Positions 55,419 through 64,000 of a DNA stretch of 64,000 nt are shown here, piece by piece. Positions within the stretch are counted from its first letter, which is position 1. Each line of letters begins with the position of its first letter. Below the pieces are notes generated by a model. It had not been told where the DNA came from and made no database searches. It worked only from the letters and a program-made list of their open reading frames with translations. This DNA comes from Octopus vulgaris. Lineage: Eukaryota. Position numbers and translations under genes: made by a program. The stretch covers positions 12,958,001-13,022,000 of the forward strand of contig OX597835.1 in the NCBI GenBank assembly GCA_951406725.2. Direction: 5' to 3'.

Positions 55419-55427
55419 CTGATGATA

Positions 55428-55460
<33 letters not shown>

Positions 55461-55800
55461 CTGATGATAGTCGTAATGGTGGTGGTAGTTGCAGCGGTGA
55501 TGGTGGTCGTCATTGTAGGAGTGAGCGGTAATGTTTGTGGTGGTAGTGGTGTTGATAGTGGTGGTGGTGGTGATGATAACGATGATAGTGGTAGAGGTTG
55601 TGGTGAGGGTGGTGGTGATGATGATGATGATGATGATGATAATGATAGCGTTAGAGGTTGTAGCGGTTGTGGTAGTGGTAGTGGTAGCAGTGGTGATGAT
55701 AGTGGCAGTGGTGGTGGTGGTGGTGGTGATGTTGGTGGTGGTGGTGGTGGGTGATGTTGACAATGATGATGATGACAATGATGATGATGATGATGATATT
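54390..55800. repeat. (TG/TATG) and (GAT/GGT) microsatellite fields
   Basis: Seen directly; unique island at 54920-55110. Confidence 0.9.
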
Positions 55801-56634
55801 GTTGATGCAATTCTCCGTTGTCAAGTTACTGTACCATTTGTCTTTCTTTTTTTTCTTCTTTCTTACTTTGCTGTTTCTCCACCACCACCACCACCACCAC
55901 CACCACCACCACCTCATAATATTACACCCACACACACACACACACACATACACACACAGAGAAACACATACACGTGTGTCGTGTGTTTTTCTTTAAAAAA
56001 AGCAACTCTCGCAATAAACAGAATATCAAACATTTTATTGCATCGTAAAGACAATATTCGGTACATTATCAAACTCTTAGACTGGGAATTACAGAACATG
56101 TACAAGAATTGCTGTTTGGTATAGGGGTAGATACGGGTTTTGTGGTAGGGACCCTTCTCTGATCTAGCTCAGCTTTTTATGTTTTCCTTTTGCTGTTTCC
56201 TGATCCCCTCTCCCCCGTCTCCGACTCTCTCCCCTCCTCTCCTCTCCCTCTAGTTTCCTTTTCCTTCTCTATAAAGACTCAATTCCCACTTGCTACCTTT
56301 TGTTGTAGGCAGATCCTGTTGACATAGCCGAGACAAAAAGTTATATGCATAGGATTGAATTTCGCTGTATTATTTTATAGTTTGATAAGCTTTTAACTAA
56401 AGAAAATATTGTGTAAGAGAAATTTTTTTTTCTCTCTTGCATAATTTCCTGAAACACACATATTAAATGCATTCAAAATATCAATATTTGTTTTGACTTT
56501 ATCATTGTATATATATATACATGTATGTATGTATGTATGTATGTATGTATGTATGTATGTATGTATGTATGTATGTATGTATGTATGTATGTATGTATGT
56601 ATGTTTGTATGTATGTATGTATGTATGTATGTAT

Positions 56635-56870
56635 ATCTGCCGGGCATGTGGAAGAAAGTGTAATTTGGCAGGTGGACTTAAACGACATGCAAAGGTACAT
56701 GAAGCCCAGTTACAACTACAGCCGGCTATAACCGGTAAAGGTATTAATTGCCAATTCTGTACAAGACATTGTAGATCTTTAACTGGGCTAAAAAGTCACA
56801 TTCGATCACACCACCAGTAACAGTCAAGCTTCGTGCAATGGCCATACTCGATAACGAGGGGGCAGCCATA
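56635..56870 (+). mobile_element. Two C2H2 zinc fingers plus short 3' UTR: 3' end of an RTE-like LINE within (TATG)n
   Basis: CRACGRKCNLAGGLKRHAKVH...CQFCTRHCRSLTGLKSHIRSHH*; no TGEKP linker or splice acceptor; about 50 nt of UTR then (atgt)n. Confidence 0.65.
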
Positions 56871-57213
56871 ATGTATGTATGTATGTATGTATATGTGTAT
56901 GTATGTATATATATATGTACCTTTCCTGGGTAGAATCATCACAAATGATGAAAAGTGGATTCCTGTAATTATATCTAATGAAAACAATAATGGTAAGTAC
57001 CCAGTGTGATAGAAGAATCCATTCCCAAATCCGGACTTCACCCCCAAAATTTTCGATTTTTGGCGGAATATGAAATATGTTACCTATCATGAAGTGTTAA
57101 ACCAAAATAAATCGGTAAATGCGAAAAGTTTGTCATTACTTGGAAGCATTTCACAAAAATTTGTAGGAAACGTATTTGTAGCGGGTAAGTTTTTTGGCCA
57201 CTACTTCTGGTCT

Positions 57214-57540
57214 GATCTGAGAGTAGTCCTAAAAAGGACTGTTATCGCATTCGAGGGTAGCCCTTAAAAGGATGGTTATCGCAATTAGATCCGATCCAAG
57301 AATAGTCCTAAAAAGGACTGTTATCGTAATTAGATCGGATCTGAGAGTAGTCCTAAAATGGATTGTTATCGCATTCGAGGGTAGCCCTTAAAAGGACAGT
57401 TATCGCAATTAGATCCGATCCAAGAATAGTTCTAAAAAGGACTGTTATCGTAATTAGATCAGACCTGAGAGTAGTCCTAAAAAGGACTGTTATCGCATTC
57501 AGATCAGACTTGAATTAGTCCTGAAAAGGACTGTGGTCGT
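57214..57540 (-). repeat. Eight hairpin units in a 124-bp higher-order repeat, resembling the histone 3' stem-loop
   Basis: Hairpins at 57225, 57259, 57304, 57349, 57383, 57428, 57473, 57517; minus strand AAC-AGTCCT-TTTY-AGGACT-A. Confidence 0.85.
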
Positions 57541-57714
57541 AATCAGCAAAACTGGACAGACGAAAGCAGTAGTTGAAATGATGAGCAGACAAGAGGTGTA
57601 AGTTTATACAGCGATTTATTTCAGGCGTGAAATAGCAGTGCAAAGGTTCAAGGCGGTGTGAGTGGCGAGCGTGGCAGGCGAGAGGGACATGATTTACATC
57701 TGTGCCAAAAAGCC

Positions 57715-57908
57715 AACTGCCTTTACAGCAATTTATGATGTCTATTTATACAAAAATATCAGCAGTGATGTTTAACCAGTGTCCAATAGAATGGCAGGTA
57801 GGTAGCTTTTGTCCAATGAAAGGTCAGGCAAGTCGCTGGAGGTAGTTGCTTTTGTTTTCTTTGGTGATGGCAGATGTATTTCTGGTGTCTGTGCAAGTTA
57901 CTTCCGGT
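57715..57908 (-). promoter_or_regulatory. Pol II promoter: ETS, two CCAAT boxes, TATA, Inr
   Basis: ACCGGAAGT 57900-57908; CCAAT at 57813 and 57783; TATAAATA 57750-57743; GCAGTT with its A 32 nt downstream of the TATA start. Confidence 0.55.
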
Positions 57909-58454
57909 GACTGTACATATTCTTTGTTAGTCATTTGTAAAAGGTGTATATGATAATATAAATCTCCATGTTACCCAGGTCACTCAGGAAGAGATTATGG
58001 TGCTAAATATCAAAGTTTCACCTAATCCTCCGTGACCCCTGACCTCGTTCCGTTCGACTGTTGGTTTTTCAGCTAAGTGCAGCATCATTTTGAGGGAAAC
58101 CAGTTTATTAATTGTGAAATGCTTAAAGTGATATTGGGAGTTTCTTTGTTTCAAAACCTGAAATATTTCATGCCTAAGGGATCAAGAATTTACCAACTCG
58201 ACAGGATTTGAATATAAATAATAAAATATTTATTTTGATTAAATATAGCAATTAAGACCAAAGAAACAGATGTTTCTTTCCCATCTTCAAATACAACTTG
58301 ATGTTTTTCCTACAACCTAATTATGTGTATGTGCATGTATATATATATATATGTATGTGTGTATATACATAGTCTATGTATATATATTGTCTATGTGTAT
58401 ATATATACATACACATGTACACATATTCATATACATAATGACGATGATATATAT

Positions 58455-58710
58455 TCCTTTTCTCTTACTTGTTTCAAGTCATTTGACTGTGGCCATGCTG
58501 GAGCACCGCCTTTAGTCAAGCGAATCAACCCCAGAATTTATTCTTTGTAAGCCTAGTACTTATTCTATTGGTCTCTTTTTGCCAAAACGCTAAGTTACAG
58601 GGACGTAAACACACCAGCATCAGTTGTCAAGTGGCAGAGAGGGACAAACACAAACTAAAAGATAGACACACAAACGCATACTTATTCAACAGGCTTCTTT
58701 CAGTTTCCAT
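58455..58710 (-). mobile_element. SINE B 3' portion
   Basis: Homologous to 9833. Confidence 0.8.
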
Positions 58711-58743
58711 TTAAAAAAAAGTATAACTACATAAGCATAGATA

Positions 58744-58782
<39 letters not shown>

Positions 58783-59099
58783 ATGTGCATGCGGGTGTGA
58801 ATGTGTTTGTGTAGGTGACATGCAATAATAAGAAAAAAACAAAAAAAAAAACTAATCTGAATAGAAACACAGAACTAAATTCCCCGCCCCCAACGTTCCT
58901 TCTATATTCACTGTCTGTATGTCTGTCTACCTATGTATGTATGTATGTATGTATCTGTCTGTCTACCTGTCTGTCTGTTTGTCTACCTACCTTCCTACCT
59001 ATCTATCTATCTAGCTAGCTGTGTGCTAGTCTGCTTGTCTGCTTGTCTCAGTGTCTGTCTGTTAGTCTGTCTCTCTCTGACTATCTCTCTCACCCTCTC

Positions 59100-59115
59100 T
59101 CTCTCAATGTATGTA

Positions 59116-59173
<58 letters not shown>

Positions 59174-59731
59174 CATACATAAACACACACACACATGTAT
59201 TTATATGTGTGTGTATGTGTGCACATACATATGTATATCAATATATGTATGTATGTGTGTATGTATGTATGTATGTATGTATGTATGTATGTATGAGTGT
59301 ATTGTATGTATGTATGCATGTATGTATGTATGTATAAATGTATGCATGCATGTATGTATGTATGCATGCATGTATGTATGTATGTATGTATGTATGTATG
59401 TATGTATGTATGTATGTATGTATGTATGTATGTATGTATGTATGTATGTATGTATGTATGTATGTACGTACATACATACATACATACATACATACATACA
59501 TACATACATACATACATACATACATACATACATACATACATACATACATACATACATACATACATACATACATGCATACATACATACATACAATACACAC
59601 ACACATACATACATACATACATACATACATACACATACATACATACAAACATACATACATACATACATACAAACATACATACAAACATACATACATGCAT
59701 GCATACATACATGCATACATACATACATGCA

Positions 59732-59765
<34 letters not shown>

Positions 59766-59832
59766 CATACATACAATACACTCATGCATACATACATACA
59801 TACACACATGCATACATACATACATGCATACA

Positions 59833-59866
<34 letters not shown>

Positions 59867-60280
59867 CATACATACAATACACTCATGCATACATACATAC
59901 AATACACACATACATACATACATACATACATTCATACATACATACATAAATACATACATACATACATATATACATACATACATACAATACACTCATACAT
60001 ACATACATACAACACACACATACATACATACATACATACACACACATACATACATGTATAAATAGATACATACATACATGCATACATAATATATACAATA
60101 CATACATACAATACATATATACATACATATATACATACATATATACATACATACATGCATGCATGCATACATACATGTGTGTGTGTGTGTGTACAAGTGA
60201 GTGTGTGGGCGTATAGGTGTATTTGTACATATGTATATATGTGTATATGTTTATATATATACCTACACACACATACTTAT
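59100..60280. repeat. (TATG)n/(CATA)n field with a palindrome centred at 59467/59468
   Basis: TATGTAC|GTACATA junction. Confidence 0.9.
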
Positions 60281-60284
60281 ATGA

Positions 60285-60650
60285 GCGTTGAACCTTACGG
60301 AGGCAAAGTGGTTGAGTTCCTTTCGAGTGTTGGGCCCCATGGAGGCAATGCCCAAGACCTTTTTGGCATTATGTCGAACTTGAGAAGAAGACCCATCAAA
60401 CTGAGCAAAATTGCAGTCTTGGTAAACACTGGTGTCACGCAAATGGCACCCATGCCAGTGGCATGTAAAAGCACCCATTACATTCTCAGAGTGGTTGGCG
60501 TCAGGAAGGGCATCCAGCTATAGAAAACCTTGCCAAAGCAGACTTGAGCTTGATGCAGCCTTTCAGCTTACCATCCTAGATAAACCATCCAACCCATGCC
60601 AGCATGGACAATGGATGTCAAATGATGATGAAGATGATGGTGATGATGAT
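60285..60650 (+). mobile_element. Family D (RTE tail)
   Basis: Diagnostic motifs and (gat)n tail. Confidence 0.8.
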
Positions 60651-61008
60651 AAGGGTATATATACACATATAAATATATGTATATATACATATGTGTGTGT
60701 GTGTTCATGCATGTATGCATTTATACATATGTATGTGTATGTGTATATGTGTATATTTATGTATATATATATATATATACATGCACACATACATACATAT
60801 ATATATAAATTATGGAATTTTGTCAGTGATCAGGTCGTGATCTCAAAGCGACAAAAATATTTTGGCAAATTAAATTTAAATGTTGAGGTGAATCTAACGG
60901 TTTTTGTGTGTTTCTTAAATGGCTTATAAACACCTTCAATGCTGCAATTGTTTTTGTTCCAGCACATGATCTCAGATTCGGTCACTTGCTATGCAAGTAC
61001 ATCTCCCA

Positions 61009-61070
<62 letters not shown>

Positions 61071-61279
61071 ACGCTGCTTTCTTCCAAGAAATCTAATGCT
61101 CTTAGGTTTGTTTTTCATTGGGGCTGGCCAGATTGGAGCAATCTCGAGTATAACCAGCCAAAATTGCAAAGGTAATCTGGAACTTGACTAAGGAAAGAAA
61201 ACTCCGAATGACCTGCCCTTGTTTTCTTTGTCTATCTTTGTCTATCTGGATGTTTTGTTGTCCCATTTTGTATTTTATG

Positions 61280-61321
<42 letters not shown>

Positions 61322-61327
<6 letters not shown>

Positions 61328-62609
61328 GAAGTCAAAATGCACTTTCACCATAACATATCTTTATTGTGATCGAAGTTTGAGCCTGATCATACCATTTTTC
61401 TTTTTTATGTCTTTACTGCCCACAAGGGGCTACACACAGAGAGGACAAACAAGGACAGACAAGCGGATTAAGTCGATTACATCGACCCCAGTGAGTAACT
61501 GGTGCTTAATTTATCGACCCCGGAAAGATGAAAGGCAAAGTTGACATCGACAGAATTTGAACTCAGAACGTAGTGGCAGACGAAATACCTATTTCTTTAT
61601 TACCCACAAGGGGCTAAACATAGAAGGAAGAAAAAAAGGACAGACATTGGTATTAAGTCGATCACATTGACCCCAGTGTGCAACTGGTACTTAATTTATC
61701 GAAACGCAGCGAGCTGGCAGAATCATTAGCATGCCGGGCGAAATGCGTAGCCGTATTTCGTCTGCCGTTACGTTCTGAGTTCAAATTCCGCCAAGGTCCA
61801 CTTTGCCTTTCATCCTTTCGGGGTCGATAGATTAAGTACCAGTTACACACTGGGGTCGATATAATCGACTTAATACCTATGTCTGTCCTTGTTTGTCCCT
61901 TCTATGTTTAATCCCTTGTGGGTAGTAAAGAAAATAGGTACTTAATTTATCGATCCCGAAAGGATGAAAGGGAAAGTCGACCTTGGCGGAATTTGAACTC
62001 ACAACGTAACGACAGACGAAATACGGCTGCACATTTTGCCTGGCGTGATAACGTTTCTGCCAGCTCGCCGCCTTCATGCCACTTTTCTTTCTGGCTTTAC
62101 AGTGCGAGCCTGGTCACTCCACTAGCAATGTGTCCCAAAGAAGAACAAAGAGCAGTGATCCAAGAGATGGTAACGGTAAACCAGTTCACCATTAGCATCT
62201 CTCGAGCTTACTCCAGTAGTAGAGATTAATGAGTGTCCTGCCTCCTCTTCATGCATTACACTCGTCTGGCCACTTCTAAACTTCTCGATCCACTCATACA
62301 CACTTCTACACGCTAGTCCACTGTCCCGTCCCTGTGTTGTGCTAAAAGTCTCCGATGAATTTCAGCACCTGACACACCTTCCGACCACAGAAATCAGATC
62401 ACTGGTCTTTGCCCTTCTTTGGTGCACCTTGCTAGTGGAGCGACCATTCTTACACTGCAAAACCAGAAATAAGAATGGTGTGATCAGACACAAACTTCGA
62501 TCACAGGACCACAATAATACCAACTATAAGCTTGCATGTGCAGAATGCAATGTAACACTAATAAAGATATGTTATGGCAAAAGTGTGGATAATTTTTGAC
62601 TTCCCCATG
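61322..62609. mobile_element. Non-autonomous mariner with nested SINE A copies (61410-62072)
   Basis: TIRs of about 50 bp (gggaagtcaaaa...ccataacatatctttatt) at both ends, in TA context; internal MCPKEEQRAVI resembles a mariner transposase start. Confidence 0.75.
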
Positions 62610-62638
62610 TATATACATGCACATATATATACACATGT

Positions 62639-62706
<68 letters not shown>

Positions 62707-62736
62707 ATACATATATATATATACATATATATATAC

Positions 62737-62791
<55 letters not shown>

Positions 62792-63579
62792 TATATATAT
62801 CTATATATATACATATACACCTTTGTATATGTGTATGAATTTATTTATATACGTGTGTGTGTGTGTATGTGTGTGTGTGTATATATAGCTATATCAGTAT
62901 GCAAAACAGACATCTGAAAGGCCGCCATGTATATTTATGTATATATGGTATTATGGTATGTTTTTATTGATTTTGCTTGGAAGCTAAATACATATGAAAT
63001 AGACTTCACCGCTCTTATCTTGTATTCCTATATCTAAATGCATCTTCCTCGCCTCACTGTCTCTCTCTCTCTCCCGCCCCTGCTGGCCCCTCCCCCTCCC
63101 CCACCCCGTTCTCTTCCCGTCCTTTTTCTCTCGTACACTTACACGTAGATACTCCCTCTTTTACCCCACCCCACCCCTTGTAATACAAGAACACACGTAC
63201 ATCCTCTCTGGTTCCCCCTTCATCTAGATCTTCATCTATGTACGTGTATGTGTGTGTATGTGCAACTATATACTATATATATATATATAGGTATGTATGT
63301 ATATATATACAGACATAGAGAAGGATATAGACTTCTGTATTTATACATGCATACACAAAGACACGCATAGACACACATAGACACACATGTACACGTACAT
63401 ATATATATAATGTACCCACCTTGGGATACTTAGTGAAAAGGACAATAACGCCTTTTTGTAATTTAATAGAAAATCTACAGAAATTATCAATTAATCATGA
63501 TTGTTGTCTTGGTAACCGAATTAACTATTATAACAGGAGTTTCTTCCATTGTATCACTTTGATGTATAAATATATACAG

Positions 63580-63639
<60 letters not shown>

Positions 63640-63646
63640 CGATATA

Positions 63647-63715
<69 letters not shown>

Positions 63716-63853
63716 CGATATATACACACACACACACACACACACATAATCATATTTGTATATACATATACATATAAATATATATGTATATATATATATA
63801 TACACACATACATAAGCAATTATATTTATATATATTCATCTACATATAAATAT

Positions 63854-63895
<42 letters not shown>

Positions 63896-63956
63896 GTGTG
63901 TGTATATATATGTCCCACCCATGCCAGCATGGAAGGTGGATTTTGGTGATGATGAT

Positions 63957-63990
<34 letters not shown>

Positions 63991-64000
63991 CTTATGTAGT

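Larger units (their letters stand above)
57177..57917 (-). mobile_element. Putative solo LTR (741 bp)
   Basis: TGTA...TACA termini flanked by direct repeat TATT (57173-57176 and 57918-57921); TATA and AATAAA in LTR order on the minus strand. Confidence 0.6.

Overview
AT-rich eukaryotic DNA dominated by microsatellites and transposon remnants. The repeat families (tRNA-derived SINEs with a Meta/MESC-type core, RTE tails ending in (GAT)n, R4/Dong LINE pieces in (TAA)n, mariner/maT remnants, non-autonomous Helitrons/Helentrons) fit a cephalopod, probably Octopus, intronic or intergenic region; this assignment is inference. No host gene can be identified with confidence, and nearly all listed ORFs are microsatellite or repeat artefacts. 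Signals worth following up: (1) a Penelope-linked composite element (GIY-YIG end, tRNA-like Pol III cassette, variable trinucleotide repeat, minimal hammerhead ribozyme, inverted arms); (2) two further unrelated hammerhead motifs, one inside a highly structured retrozyme-like unit; (3) a 741-bp solo-LTR-like unit with a CCAAT/CCAAT/TATA/Inr promoter pointing into eight tandem hairpins resembling the histone 3' stem-loop; (4) a 72-bp-period array of tRNA-like units with higher-order structure. All calls were made by eye, and repeat boundaries are approximate.
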